Assembly (NCBI RefSeq): GCF_003334385.1 | Contig: NZ_QOWN01000014.1 | Direction: 5' to 3' (one strand) | Length of the DNA stretch: 64,000 nt | Source: Escherichia coli | Lineage (GTDB): Bacteria; Pseudomonadota; Gammaproteobacteria; Enterobacterales; Enterobacteriaceae | Shown here: positions 47,861 through 60,074 of the stretch, piece by piece | Position numbering within the stretch: position 1 is the first letter of the stretch | Layout: each line of letters starts with the position of its first letter | Notes under the pieces: model-generated | Databases searched by the model: none | Told to the model about the DNA's origin: nothing | What the model saw: the letters and a program-made list of their open reading frames with translations, nothing else | Made by a program: the position numbers and the translations under genes

Positions 47861-48315
47861 TCATCTTCCAGCAAGCGTGCGCCGGTACCTTCTTCTCCTA
47901 AGCGGTCGCCCGGGTTACGCAACGGGCAATCACTGCGCGAAAGGCAGCCACAACCAATACATCCGTCCAGTTCGTCACGCAGCGCCACTAAGGTATGAAT
48001 GCGCCGATCCAACTCTTCTCGCCATTGGGACGAAAGCTGTTTCCACTCTTTCGCACTTAACGTATGCCCTTCGGGCAACACGCCAAACGCTTCACCAATG
48101 GTCGCCAGCGGAATGCCAATACGCTGAGCAATTTTGATAATTGCAACATATCGCAACACATCACGTTTATATCGCCGCTGATTGCCGCTGTTACGGATAC
48201 TGGTAATCAACCCTTTACTTTCATAGAAATGCAGCGCCGATACCGCCACACCGCTGCGTTTCGCCACTTCGCCGGGGGTTAGCAGCGCTTTAATGCGGGG
48301 TAATTTCTTTTCCAT
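47851..48315 (-). CDS. soxR: Redox-sensitive MerR-family regulator SoxR
   Basis: 154-aa [39 protein letters not shown]… with [12 protein letters not shown] [2Fe-2S] motif. Confidence 0.96.
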
Positions 48316-48326
48316 AAATCGCTTTA

Positions 48327-48344
48327 CCTCAAGTTAACTTGAGG
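48327..48344. promoter_or_regulatory. SoxR-binding palindrome in the divergent soxR/soxS promoter
   Basis: Perfect palindrome CCTCAAGTTAACTTGAGG centred between the two divergent genes, the classic SoxR box. Confidence 0.85.
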
Positions 48345-48400
48345 AATTATACTCCCCAACAGATGAATTAACGAACTGAACACTGAAAAGAGGCAGATTT

Positions 48401-48724
48401 ATGTCCCATCAGAAAATTATTCAGGATCTTATCGCATGGATTGACGAGCATATTGACCAGCCGCTTAACATTGATGTAGTCGCAAAAAAATCAGGCTATT
48501 CAAAGTGGTACTTGCAACGAATGTTCCGCACGGTGACGCATCAGACGCTTGGCGATTACATTCGCCAACGTCGCCTGTTACTGGCCGCCGTTGAGTTGCG
48601 CACCACCGAGCGTCCGATTTTTGATATCGCAATGGACCTGGGTTATGTCTCGCAGCAGACCTTCTCCCGCGTTTTCCGTCGGCAGTTTGATCGCACTCCC
48701 AGCGATTATCGCCACCGCCTGTAG
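48401..48724 (+). CDS. soxS: AraC-family superoxide-response activator SoxS
   Basis: 107-aa ORF MSHQKIIQDLIAWIDEHIDQPLNIDVVAKKSGYSKWYLQRMF…. Confidence 0.96.
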   Translation: MSHQKIIQDLIAWIDEHIDQPLNIDVVAKKSGYSKWYLQRMFRTVTHQTLGDYIRQRRLLLAAVELRTTERPIFDIAMDLGYVSQQTFSRVFRRQFDRTPSDYRHRL

Positions 48725-48726
48725 TT

Positions 48727-50313
48727 TTATTGCCCGCGCGTTAACTCCCGCGCGGGTAATTGCTCCATCCATTGCATAAACACCTGCGGCGGCATCGCCT
48801 TCGCAAAAAACCATCCCTGGCAATAGCGCACGCCGCGTTTGCGCAGCCAGTTAACCTGCTCCTCAGTTTCGACGCCTTCAGCGATCGTTTTTAACCCCAG
48901 GCTGTGCGCCAGCTCGATGATGTGTTCCGCAATCAAATGACTGGTTTTGTGGGTGGTCAGCGTTTCAACAAACGATTTATCGATTTTCAAAATATCGACA
49001 TTCAATGATTTAAGGTTATGCAAGTTAGAGTAGCCAATACCAAAATCATCAATTGCCACTTCGTAACCAGCCTGGCGGAAAGCCAGAATAATCGGCGTCA
49101 TTTTTTCGACATCAAGAAATGCATGCTCAGTCACTTCAAATTTAATTTGCTGCGGACGCACCGCGTATTGCTCTGTTTTCTGATTGATTCGCGCTATCAA
49201 CCGTGACGTATGAAAATCGGAGGCCGACAGGTTAATAGAAACATAGCGATCGGCATGTGTTGCCAAGTACGCGCCCAGATCACGGAAGACATTATCAATA
49301 ACATAATCAGTTATCTGTTCTATCATCCCCTCCTTTTCTGCCAGCGGAATAAACTCTGCCGGATTCATTATTTGCCCCTGCTCACCAAGCCAACGTAACA
49401 ACGCTTCAGCGCCGATACATTTTTCTGTTTTGATATCGATTATTGGCTGGTAATAAAGACAAAGTTGATGTTTTTCGAGGGCGCGTTGCAATTTACGTTT
49501 GGGAGATAAATAGTTTTGTCGAATACGTAGCCAGAGTAATAGCAGAACAAGACTCCCCAAAATACCGGCGGGCAACGCAAAAATAAGATGATTATAAAAA
49601 TGGGTTATAAGACGTTGATATGAAGTCGCAACAATGGCTGCAATTGGGCGTTTTGTCGAATAAACTGTCGCATATAAATAGCCATTTCTTTGTACGGTTA
49701 AATCCTTCAAATGAATCAGCGGAGAAAACGTTGCTGCCGAGGCCTCTTTGCTTAACGAGAAAAAGGTTTTCGTCACCGTATCATACACACCCCATTGCAA
49801 TGTCGGATCATCAGACATCACTTCACTCCAGAAGAGAGGGTTGATAACTGCCACATAATTTCCCCGCTGCATATAGGTCATTTTATAGCCAGAGAAAAAA
49901 GGCGTATCGCGGTAATAATAGATAGAAACGTTAGGTTCACGCTTATAATCGGCCGGTGCAATCGTATAGCCGTTTACAGGCGCTATCAGCGATGAGCATA
50001 AAAAATGGTTATCACGGGCATAGATCAATTCATTAATATAAAGATAGCCACGAATAATATTCAACATTCGCTTTTGATGGGCTGGAGTGCAAACTTGCCC
50101 CTGATAGCGTTCAGCTGCATCGCTCACTAAATCTGCCTGGCGAATGACCAGCTCGGATTTATCCAGTGCCAGTTGAGCAAAGGTTCGGAGCTGATTATTC
50201 ACTTCTGATTTTGCCCAAAGGAAGGCAATCCATAGCGAAAGAATGATGGGAAAGAGAACTAAAAAGATAATGCCCGGCAACGCCAGTAATTGGTGTCGTG
50301 CACGATGACTCAT
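48727..50313 (-). CDS. pdeC: c-di-GMP phosphodiesterase PdeC (YjcC; CSS-motif sensor + EAL domain)
   Basis: ORF with two TM segments and C-terminal EAL domain ([15 protein letters not shown]); ATG at 50313 preferred over the TTG of the ORF track. Confidence 0.88.
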
Positions 50314-50742
50314 TGCTATCAATTTCCTGCCTGTTTATACCCGGCCATTGCAAGGTGAAAACCCTGGGTACCGACGTCTTTAGATAAATCTTACGGTATA
50401 AATAGCACTTTTGCCTGATTTGAAATTGATACCTTTCTAATCGTCACCTGGATGAAAATAATTCATTGATATTCAAAATTAATTTCCTACAGGAATGCAG
50501 AGGCGGCGGGAAGATATGCCCTTAATGCCACTGAAAAACCACATAATCTGTACAGCAATAAAAGTCACGGCCTAATATGGCTAACAAACAATCAATTGTG
50601 ATATAGTTCACAAAATTAATGAAACAAACAGAGTGTTTCATTTTTGTGTTCTGCAAGCCCCGCGATAGCCAGAGTGTACCACGCCTCCCGTGAACAACGC
50701 CGCGCTGTCCAGGGCATCGGCTCTTTTCAGAGGAATTGTTTG

Positions 50743-51024
50743 ATGGCTACCCTCACCACTGGCGTGGTTCTTCTTCGCTGGCAACTTCTTAGTGCCGTAA
50801 TGATGTTTCTGGCCAGCACACTCAACATCCGTTTTCGTCGGTCTGATTATGTCGGGCTTGCGGTGATCAGCAGCGGTCTGGGCGTTGTTTCCGCCTGTTG
50901 GTTCGCAATGGGGTTGCTTGGCATCACAATGGCGGACATCACCGCTATCTGGCACAACATCGAGTCGGTGATGATAGAAGAGATGAATCAGACACCGCCA
51001 CAATGGCCAATGATTTTGACCTGA
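50743..51024 (+). CDS. yjcB: YjcB, small inner membrane protein
   Basis: ORF MATLTTGVVLLRWQLLSAVMMFLASTLNIRF…; ATG at 50743 inside the longer ORF-track frame. Confidence 0.7.
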   Translation: MATLTTGVVLLRWQLLSAVMMFLASTLNIRFRRSDYVGLAVISSGLGVVSACWFAMGLLGITMADITAIWHNIESVMIEEMNQTPPQWPMILT

Positions 51025-51030
51025 TACGTA

Positions 51031-51059
51031 GAAGCCTCCATAACGGAGGCTTCTTTTTT
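51031..51059. terminator. Bidirectional rho-independent terminator (yjcB / ssb)
   Basis: GAAGCCTCC-ataac-GGAGGCTTC hairpin followed by TTTTTTA. Confidence 0.8.
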
Positions 51060-51122
51060 ATGGCTGGCAGATGCTTTAATCATCCACCTTAAAACAATAT
51101 AACCTATTGTTTTAATGACAAA

Positions 51123-51659
51123 TCAGAACGGAATGTCATCATCAAAGTCCATCGGCGGCTCGTTAGACGGCGCTGCCGGAGCGGACTGCTGCGGGCGAGA
51201 CTGCGCGCCGCCGCTGAACTGATTGCCACCCTGCGGCTGCTGAGGCTGACCCCAACCGCCCTGCGGCTGACCACCACCGATATTGCCACCTGCCGGAGCG
51301 CCACCACCCTGACGACCACCCAGCATCTGCATGGTGCCGCCAACGTTCACCACGACTTCTGTGGTGTAGCGATCCTGACCGGATTGATCGGTCCATTTAC
51401 GGGTACGCAGCTGACCTTCGATATAAACCTGAGAACCTTTACGCAGATATTCGCTGGCCACTTCTGCCAGTTTGCCGAACAGCACAACGCGGTGCCATTC
51501 AGTCTGTTCTTTCATCTCGCCGGTCGCTTTATCACGCCAGGATTCGGAAGTAGCCAGCGTAATGTTGGCAACTGCGCCACCATTTGGCATGTAGCGTACT
51601 TCCGGGTCCTGACCCAGATTACCAACGAGAATAACCTTGTTTACGCCTCTGCTGGCCAT
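51123..51659 (-). CDS. ssb: Single-stranded DNA-binding protein SSB
   Basis: [47 protein letters not shown]… with Gly/Gln-rich linker and acidic tip DFDDDIPF. Confidence 0.97.
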   Translation of the reverse strand: MASRGVNKVILVGNLGQDPEVRYMPNGGAVANITLATSESWRDKATGEMKEQTEWHRVVLFGKLAEVASEYLRKGSQVYIEGQLRTRKWTDQSGQDRYTTEVVVNVGGTMQMLGGRQGGGAPAGGNIGGGQPQGGWGQPQQPQGGNQFSGGAQSRPQQSAPAAPSNEPPMDFDDDIPF

Positions 51660-51809
51660 GTTCGTGTCTCCTGAAAAAAATCGTTCTGAATAAGTGTAAA
51701 CGCGCGATTGTACCATTACCAATAGCGCTTTTACTATGTTGTGACCTCGGTTCCGGGAAACAAACCTGGCCAGACATTGTTACACAACACTCCGGGTAAT
51801 GCATTCCAA

Positions 51810-51829
51810 TACTGTATATTCATTCAGGT
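51810..51829 (+). promoter_or_regulatory. LexA (SOS) box in the divergent ssb/uvrA regulatory region
   Basis: TACTGTATATTCATTCAGGT matches the CTGT-N8-ACAG consensus; about 85 bp upstream of the uvrA start. Confidence 0.85.
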
Positions 51830-51912
51830 CAATTTGTGTCATAATTAACCGTTTGTGATCGCCGGTAGCACCATGCCACCGGGCAAAAAAGCGTTTAATC
51901 CGGGAAAGGTGA

Positions 51913-54735
51913 ATGGATAAGATCGAAGTTCGGGGCGCCCGCACCCATAATCTCAAAAACATCAACCTCGTTATCCCCCGCGACAAGCTCATTGTCGTGA
52001 CCGGGCTTTCGGGTTCTGGCAAATCCTCGCTCGCTTTCGACACCTTATATGCCGAAGGGCAGCGCCGTTACGTTGAATCCCTTTCCGCCTACGCGCGGCA
52101 GTTTCTGTCACTGATGGAAAAGCCGGACGTCGATCATATTGAGGGGCTTTCTCCTGCCATCTCAATTGAGCAGAAATCGACGTCTCATAACCCGCGTTCT
52201 ACGGTGGGGACAATCACCGAAATCCACGACTATTTGCGTTTGTTATTCGCCCGCGTTGGCGAGCCGCGCTGTCCGGACCACGACGTCCCGCTGGCGGCGC
52301 AAACCGTCAGCCAGATGGTGGATAACGTGCTGTCGCAGCCGGAAGGCAAGCGTCTGATGCTACTCGCGCCAATCATTAAAGAGCGCAAAGGCGAACACAC
52401 CAAAACGCTGGAGAACCTAGCAAGCCAGGGTTACATCCGTGCTCGTATTGATGGCGAAGTCTGCGATCTTTCCGATCCGCCGAAACTGGAACTGCAAAAG
52501 AAACATACCATTGAAGTGGTGGTTGATCGCTTCAAGGTGCGTGACGATCTTACCCAACGTCTGGCCGAGTCGTTTGAAACCGCGCTAGAGCTTTCCGGTG
52601 GTACCGCGGTAGTGGCGGATATGGACGACCCGAAAGCGGAAGAGCTGCTGTTCTCCGCCAACTTCGCCTGCCCAATTTGCGGTTACAGTATGCGCGAGCT
52701 GGAGCCGCGACTGTTTTCGTTTAACAACCCGGCGGGGGCCTGCCCGACCTGCGACGGCCTTGGCGTACAGCAATATTTCGATCCTGACCGCGTGATCCAG
52801 AATCCGGAACTGTCGCTGGCAGGTGGTGCGATCCGTGGCTGGGATCGCCGCAACTTCTATTATTTCCAGATGCTGAAATCACTGGCAGATCACTATAAGT
52901 TCGACGTCGAAGCGCCGTGGGGCAGCTTGAGCGCGAACGTGCATAAAGTGGTGTTGTACGGTTCTGGCAAAGAAAACATTGAATTCAAATACATGAACGA
53001 TCGTGGCGATACCTCCATCCGTCGTCATCCGTTCGAAGGCGTGCTGCACAATATGGAGCGCCGTTATAAAGAGACAGAATCCAGTGCGGTACGTGAAGAA
53101 TTAGCCAAGTTTATCAGCAATCGCCCATGCGCCAGCTGCGAAGGAACGCGTCTGCGTCGGGAAGCGCGCCACGTGTATGTCGAGAATACGCCGCTGCCCG
53201 CCATCTCCGACATGAGCATCGGTCATGCGATGGAATTCTTCAACAATCTCAAACTCGCAGGTCAGCGGGCGAAGATTGCGGAAAAAATTCTTAAAGAGAT
53301 CGGCGATCGTTTGAAATTCCTCGTTAACGTCGGCCTGAATTACCTGACGCTTTCCCGCTCGGCAGAAACGCTTTCCGGCGGTGAAGCCCAGCGTATCCGT
53401 CTGGCGAGCCAGATTGGTGCGGGCCTGGTTGGCGTTATGTACGTGCTGGACGAGCCATCTATCGGCCTGCACCAGCGCGATAACGAGCGCCTGTTGGGTA
53501 CGCTTATCCATCTGCGCGATCTCGGTAATACCGTGATTGTGGTGGAGCACGACGAAGACGCGATTCGCGCCGCTGACCATGTGATCGACATTGGCCCGGG
53601 CGCAGGTGTTCACGGCGGTGAAGTGGTCGCGGAAGGTCCACTGGAAGCAATTATGGCGGTGCCGGAGTCGTTAACCGGACAGTACATGAGCGGTAAACGC
53701 AAGATTGAAGTGCCGAAGAAACGCGTTCCGGCGAATCCGGAAAAAGTGCTGAAGCTGACAGGCGCACGCGGTAATAACCTGAAAGACGTGACGCTGACGC
53801 TGCCAGTCGGTCTGTTTACCTGCATCACAGGGGTTTCAGGTTCCGGTAAATCGACGCTGATTAACGACACACTGTTCCCGATTGCCCAACGCCAGTTGAA
53901 TGGGGCGACCATCGCCGAACCGGCACCGTATCGCGATATTCAGGGACTGGAGCATTTCGACAAAGTGATCGATATCGACCAAAGCCCAATTGGTCGTACT
54001 CCGCGTTCTAACCCGGCGACCTATACCGGCGTGTTTACGCCTGTGCGCGAACTGTTTGCGGGCGTACCGGAATCCCGTGCGCGCGGCTATACGCCGGGAC
54101 GTTTCAGCTTTAACGTTCGTGGCGGACGCTGCGAGGCCTGTCAGGGCGATGGCGTGATCAAAGTGGAGATGCACTTCCTGCCGGATATCTACGTGCCGTG
54201 CGACCAGTGCAAAGGTAAACGCTATAACCGTGAAACGCTGGAGATTAAGTACAAAGGCAAAACCATCCACGAAGTGCTGGATATGACCATCGAAGAGGCG
54301 CGTGAGTTCTTTGATGCCGTACCTGCACTGGCGCGTAAGCTGCAAACGTTGATGGACGTTGGCCTGACGTACATTCGACTGGGGCAGTCCGCAACCACCC
54401 TTTCAGGCGGTGAAGCCCAGCGCGTGAAGCTGGCGCGTGAACTGTCAAAACGCGGCACCGGGCAGACGCTGTATATTCTCGACGAGCCGACCACCGGTCT
54501 GCACTTCGCCGATATTCAGCAACTGCTCGACGTACTGCATAAACTGCGCGATCAGGGCAACACCATTGTGGTGATTGAGCACAATCTCGACGTGATCAAA
54601 ACCGCTGACTGGATTGTCGACCTGGGACCAGAAGGCGGCAGTGGTGGCGGCGAGATCCTCGTCTCCGGTACGCCAGAAACCGTCGCGGAGTGCGAAGCAT
54701 CACACACGGCACGCTTCCTTAAGCCGATGCTGTAA
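51913..54735 (+). CDS. uvrA: Excinuclease ABC subunit A
   Basis: 940-aa [56 protein letters not shown]… with two ABC ATPase modules and zinc-finger Cys clusters. Confidence 0.97.
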   Translation: MDKIEVRGARTHNLKNINLVIPRDKLIVVTGLSGSGKSSLAFDTLYAEGQRRYVESLSAYARQFLSLMEKPDVDHIEGLSPAISIEQKSTSHNPRSTVGTITEIHDYLRLLFARVGEPRCPDHDVPLAAQTVSQMVDNVLSQPEGKRLMLLAPIIKERKGEHTKTLENLASQGYIRARIDGEVCDLSDPPKLELQKKHTIEVVVDRFKVRDDLTQRLAESFETALELSGGTAVVADMDDPKAEELLFSANFACPICGYSMRELEPRLFSFNNPAGACPTCDGLGVQQYFDPDRVIQNPELSLAGGAIRGWDRRNFYYFQMLKSLADHYKFDVEAPWGSLSANVHKVVLYGSGKENIEFKYMNDRGDTSIRRHPFEGVLHNMERRYKETESSAVREELAKFISNRPCASCEGTRLRREARHVYVENTPLPAISDMSIGHAMEFFNNLKLAGQRAKIAEKILKEIGDRLKFLVNVGLNYLTLSRSAETLSGGEAQRIRLASQIGAGLVGVMYVLDEPSIGLHQRDNERLLGTLIHLRDLGNTVIVVEHDEDAIRAADHVIDIGPGAGVHGGEVVAEGPLEAIMAVPESLTGQYMSGKRKIEVPKKRVPANPEKVLKLTGARGNNLKDVTLTLPVGLFTCITGVSGSGKSTLINDTLFPIAQRQLNGATIAEPAPYRDIQGLEHFDKVIDIDQSPIGRTPRSNPATYTGVFTPVRELFAGVPESRARGYTPGRFSFNVRGGRCEACQGDGVIKVEMHFLPDIYVPCDQCKGKRYNRETLEIKYKGKTIHEVLDMTIEEAREFFDAVPALARKLQTLMDVGLTYIRLGQSATTLSGGEAQRVKLARELSKRGTGQTLYILDEPTTGLHFADIQQLLDVLHKLRDQGNTIVVIEHNLDVIKTADWIVDLGPEGGSGGGEILVSGTPETVAECEASHTARFLKPML

Positions 54736-54740
54736 TCGTT

Positions 54741-54768
54741 AAGGCCGCTTTCTGAGCGGCCTTTTCCT
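54741..54768. terminator. Bidirectional terminator between convergent uvrA and yjbR
   Basis: GGCCGCT-ttctg-AGCGGCC hairpin followed by TTTT. Confidence 0.75.
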
Positions 54769-54769
54769 T

Positions 54770-55126
54770 TCAGAGTTGCACCAGCAATTTACGTTTTTCT
54801 TCCGGCAGTAAATTCACCGCCTGCTGATAAGACGCATCCACCAGATAATAGATTTGCGAATCTGGCAGCGAACCGTCGAGATACACGGTGCTCCAGTGCG
54901 CTTTATTCAGATGGCGGCTTGGACGCACATCGCTGTGCTGCTGACGTAGCAGCTCCGCCAGCTCCGGGCTGGTTTTCAGCGAAACAGCTGGGCGATTTTC
55001 TACTTCTTTCACCATCGCAAACAGTACATCTTCCACTTTGATCTGCGTCGCTTTCCAGTCGTTATGCACGCTCTGTTCTGCGCCTGGTTTTGCCATGCAA
55101 TATTGTAGCAACTCCGAAATGGTCAT
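54770..55126 (-). CDS. yjbR: YjbR (MmcQ/YjbR family, DNA-binding-like fold)
   Basis: 118-aa ORF MTISELLQYCMAKPGAEQSVHNDWKATQIKVEDVLFAM…. Confidence 0.85.
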   Translation of the reverse strand: MTISELLQYCMAKPGAEQSVHNDWKATQIKVEDVLFAMVKEVENRPAVSLKTSPELAELLRQQHSDVRPSRHLNKAHWSTVYLDGSLPDSQIYYLVDASYQQAVNLLPEEKRKLLVQL

Positions 55127-55129
55127 TTT

Positions 55130-55546
55130 TTACTCCCCTTGTAGTGTCGCGATGATGCGACGCGATCCGCCGTGGATGCGATGTTCCCCCAGCCAAATGC
55201 CTTGCCAGGTGCCGGTCTGAATACGCCCTTTATGCACCGGCAATACAAGCGATGTTCCCAGCATTGAGGATTTGATATGAGAAGGCATATCGTCTGCTCC
55301 CTCATAGTCATGCTCATAATTTCCGTTGTCGGGAACGGTGCGGAGGAAAAAACGCTCCATGTCGTGGCGTACGGTGGGATCGCAGTTCTCATTAAGTGTC
55401 AGAGAGGCGGAGGTATGTTGCAGCAACAGATGCAGTAAGCCGATGTTAACGCGCGGCATATCAGCCAGCTGATTCAGAATTTCATCCGTTACCAGATGAA
55501 ACCCACGAGATTTGGCGCTAAGCGTGAGCGTCTTTTGATACCACAT
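55130..55546 (-). CDS. yjbQ: YjbQ (UPF0047 family)
   Basis: 138-aa [57 protein letters not shown]…. Confidence 0.85.
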
Positions 55547-55656
55547 GTGCTGCTCCTTGATAAAACTCTCTTAATCAGTTTGCAGCAAGACAGCGAAAGG
55601 ATAAAGGTGTGATTAAAAAAACAGCATTCGGGAGAGCATCACGCTCTCCCGCTCTG

Positions 55657-56649
<993 letters not shown>

Positions 56650-56732
56650 TTAATGAACTTAATGATACAGCATTACAAAAACAATCGAAGTTTATAAAGA
56701 TGATTCCTGATTGACCAGAACCCTATCCTACA

Positions 56733-57158
56733 ATGGTGACTAATTTTATTACTCCCGATGGAGATGATGATATGAATATATCATATGTGAATAGCAACAA
56801 AACGACATCTTTACCTGTTGAGCTAGATGCACTAAATAATAAAGATACCTCTTATGCCAAAGATTTTTCTTATGCTAAAGATTTCTTTTTATACATAGAA
56901 ACACAGTTAAAAATTGCAAAAGATTTTTGTAGACCTGGAGAAGAAGTATCAAGTTCTATTGCAAGTAAAGTTTTTCACGCATTTATTGATTTAGTTAACA
57001 AAATCAGGGGTAAGAAAGACTTTATGTATATTTGCACGCTTTGCTGTTTTGCCGAGGAGGTTAAAGGTGATTATTCTCATTACAGGACCTTTTTATTTGA
57101 TATTGGTAATCAATATAAGGTTAAACTTACACAAAGCGGAAAAAATAGCTCTCTTTAA
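56733..57158 (+). CDS. Hypothetical AT-rich ORF in the aphA-tyrB spacer (position corresponds to the K-12 yjbS locus; true start uncertain)
   Basis: 141-aa ORF MVTNFITPDGDDDMNISYVNSNK… with an internal repeat (YAKDFSYAKDF); low GC; no family recognised. Confidence 0.35.
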   Translation: MVTNFITPDGDDDMNISYVNSNKTTSLPVELDALNNKDTSYAKDFSYAKDFFLYIETQLKIAKDFCRPGEEVSSSIASKVFHAFIDLVNKIRGKKDFMYICTLCCFAEEVKGDYSHYRTFLFDIGNQYKVKLTQSGKNSSL

Positions 57159-57496
57159 CATTAGAATTTAACGATACTATAATTGAATCTCAGAAAGTCA
57201 CAGGTAATAAGGCAAAGCATATTCTTGAGGATATAGAAATATTCTATCGTAACAAACCCGATACTTATTATTAAATTTAATAATGGTTAGATGTGCAGAA
57301 ATTATTACTCCACACGAAAAAATAGGGAAAGGAATTCCAGATAATTGGGATAAACTTAACAATAAAAGAACTGACAACGTTTTATTATCTCTCACGTAGA
57401 ACAACGGCATCAAAAAAATCATCTACAAAGAAATAGTGAAAGCGACGACAGTTTAATTTCACTGCAGGCTGGGTAACTCCAGCCTGCTTTCCTGCA

Positions 57497-58690
57497 TTAC
57501 ATCACCGCAGCAAACGCCTTTGCCACACGTTGTACATTTGCCGTATTTAACCCGGCGACACACATGCGACCGCTGGCGATGAGATAGACACCAAATTCTT
57601 CACGTAGTCGGTCAACCTGAGCGGCACTTAAACCGGTATAACTGAACATGCCGCGCTGATTAAGCAGATAATCGAAATTGCGTTCTGGCATCTCTGTGCT
57701 TAATACCTTCACCAATTCCTGACGCATTGCCAGAATGCGAGTACGCATCTCTTCTACTTCCGCCAGCCAGCTGGCTTTCAATGCCTCGTCATTCAGCACT
57801 GCAGCCACCACCTGCGCACCAAAATTCGGCGGGCTGGAGTAGTTGCGGCGAACTGTTGCTTTCAATTGCCCCAGTACGCGGCCAGCGGCTTCGGCATCTT
57901 CACACATAACAGAAAGTCCGCCGACGCGCTCGCCGTAAAGGGAGAAAATTTTCGAGAACGAATTGCTCACCAGAGCGGGTAATCCAGCGCTGGCAATGGC
58001 GCGAATAGCGTAGGCATCCTCTTCCATACCGGCACCAAATCCTTGATAGGCAATATCGAGGAATGGAATAAGCTCGCGGGCTTTGAGAATTTCAATCACC
58101 GCATCCCACTGATCATTAGTGAGATCGGCACCCGTTGGGTTGTGGCAACATGGATGCAGCAACACAATACTGCGGGCAGGTAATGTTTTCAGCGTCGCCA
58201 ACAGGTCATTAAAGCGCACGCCGTTAGTCGCTTCGTCATACCAGGGGTAAGTACTCACTTCGAATCCAGCCCCGGCGAATATTGCTACGTGGTTTTCCCA
58301 GGTAGGATCGCTGACCCAGACGCCTGATTCCGGGAAGTAGCGTTTCAGGAAATCCGCGCCCACTTTCAATGCCCCGGAGCCGCCAAGGGTTTGAATGGTT
58401 GCTACGCGCTGTTGTTTCAGTACCGGATGGTCCGCACCAAACAGCAGCGGCGCAATGGCATGGCGATAGCTGTTAAGCCCTTCCATCGGTAAATAAAGCG
58501 AAGCGCCATGAGGCTGCGCATTCAGGCGCGCTTCCGCCTCCGCCACGGCTTGCAGTTGTGGAATAATTCCGTCTTCGTTGTAGTACAGACCGATACTTAA
58601 ATTCACTTTGTCGCTGCGAGGGTCTTCTTTAAAACGCTCCATAAGCGTAAGAATCGGGTCGCCAGCGTAGGCGTCAACTTTTTGAAACAC
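57497..58690 (-). CDS. tyrB: Aromatic amino acid aminotransferase TyrB
   Basis: ORF (V)[36 protein letters not shown]… with PLP-lysine region [17 protein letters not shown] start at 58690. Confidence 0.95.
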   Translation of the reverse strand: MFQKVDAYAGDPILTLMERFKEDPRSDKVNLSIGLYYNEDGIIPQLQAVAEAEARLNAQPHGASLYLPMEGLNSYRHAIAPLLFGADHPVLKQQRVATIQTLGGSGALKVGADFLKRYFPESGVWVSDPTWENHVAIFAGAGFEVSTYPWYDEATNGVRFNDLLATLKTLPARSIVLLHPCCHNPTGADLTNDQWDAVIEILKARELIPFLDIAYQGFGAGMEEDAYAIRAIASAGLPALVSNSFSKIFSLYGERVGGLSVMCEDAEAAGRVLGQLKATVRRNYSSPPNFGAQVVAAVLNDEALKASWLAEVEEMRTRILAMRQELVKVLSTEMPERNFDYLLNQRGMFSYTGLSAAQVDRLREEFGVYLIASGRMCVAGLNTANVQRVAKAFAAVM

Positions 58691-58886
58691 GCGATGGTTC
58701 TCCAGGTTTACGGGCAGGTGGTTAAAACACAATAAACCGGAAGAAGGCGAAGATCGAGTGGATGTTCAGGAGCGAACGGCAATTAGCAACAGAGTGAGAC
58801 TCATGACAAACGTACATCCGCCAGAGGCACGACCTTTATAAGAGCATGAAAGAACATCAACTTATTGAATTTTTAGGATTTTATTG

Positions 58887-58915
58887 GCCGGATAAGGCAT
58901 TCACGCCGCATCCGG
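58887..58915. repeat. Single REP palindromic unit between alr and tyrB
   Basis: GGCCGGATAAGGCATTCACGCCGCATCCGGC. Confidence 0.75.
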
Positions 58916-58942
58916 CACAGACAATCAAATATTACAGAACGA

Positions 58943-60022
58943 TTAATCCACGTATTTCATCGCGACCCTTGAAGTCAGGCGCGTAATAAGTTCGTAAGCG
59001 CTTACTTTCGTCATTTCAGCGATACGTTCTACGGGCAAACCTTCGCCCCATAAAATGACCGGATCCCCGGCTTTGTCCTGCGCCTGTGGACCTAAGTCTA
59101 CGCAGATCATATCCATCGCCACGCGCCCGACAATCGGTACTTCGCGACCGTTCACCAGCACTGGCGTACCGGACGGCGCGGCGCGCGGATAACCATCGCC
59201 ATAGCCCATCGCGACTACGCCAAGACGGGTATCACGTTCGCTTACCCAGGTTCCACCATAACCAACAGGTTCTCCGGCTTTATGCTCACGCACGGCAATC
59301 AGGCTGGAGGTTAGTGACATCACTGGCTGACAGCCAAAATCGGCACCGGTGGAGCGATCTTCCAGCGGCGAGACGCCATAAAGAATGATGCCCGGGCGCA
59401 CCCAGTCAAAATGCGACTGTGGCCACAGCAGAATGCCACCCGATGCGGCAATGGAACGTTGACCAGGTTTGCCTTCGCAAAAGGTATTAAAGATAGCGAG
59501 TTGTTTCTCGGTTGCGCCACATTTTGGTTCATCCGCGCGCGCAAAATGGCTGACGATATTCACCGGCTGACGAACGTTTTTGCACTGGGTCAGGCGATGA
59601 TAAAACGCCTCAGCCTGTTCCGGCCTTACGCCCAGACGGTGCATACCGGTATCGAGTTTCATCCAGACGGTAACCGGCTCGTCCAGGCTAGCCTCTTCCA
59701 GCGCAGCCAGCTGTTCTTCGTTATGCACGGCGGTATGAAAATGTTGCGCAGAAATCGTCGGCAGATCTCTGGCATCAAAAAAGCCTTCGAGTAACAGTAC
59801 AGGTTTGGTGATTCCCCCCGCACGCAGTCGCAGAGCTTCTTCGAGACGGGCTACGCCAAAGGCGTCAGCATCGGGGAGCGTTCGCGCGGTCTCAAGAAGA
59901 CCGTGACCATAAGCGTTCGCTTTCACCACCGCAACCATTTTACTGGCAGGGGCCAGTTCACGAAGACGTTGCAGGTTGTGTCGCAGAGCGCGGCGGTTAA
60001 TCACAACAGTTGCCGCTTGCAT
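58943..60022 (-). CDS. alr: Alanine racemase (biosynthetic)
   Basis: 359-aa [44 protein letters not shown]… (PLP-lysine motif VKANAYGHG). Confidence 0.96.
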
Positions 60023-60074
60023 TTGTGTTCCTTGATAAGTGTTTGCTTTAATTACCTAATTCATAAAATAATTA

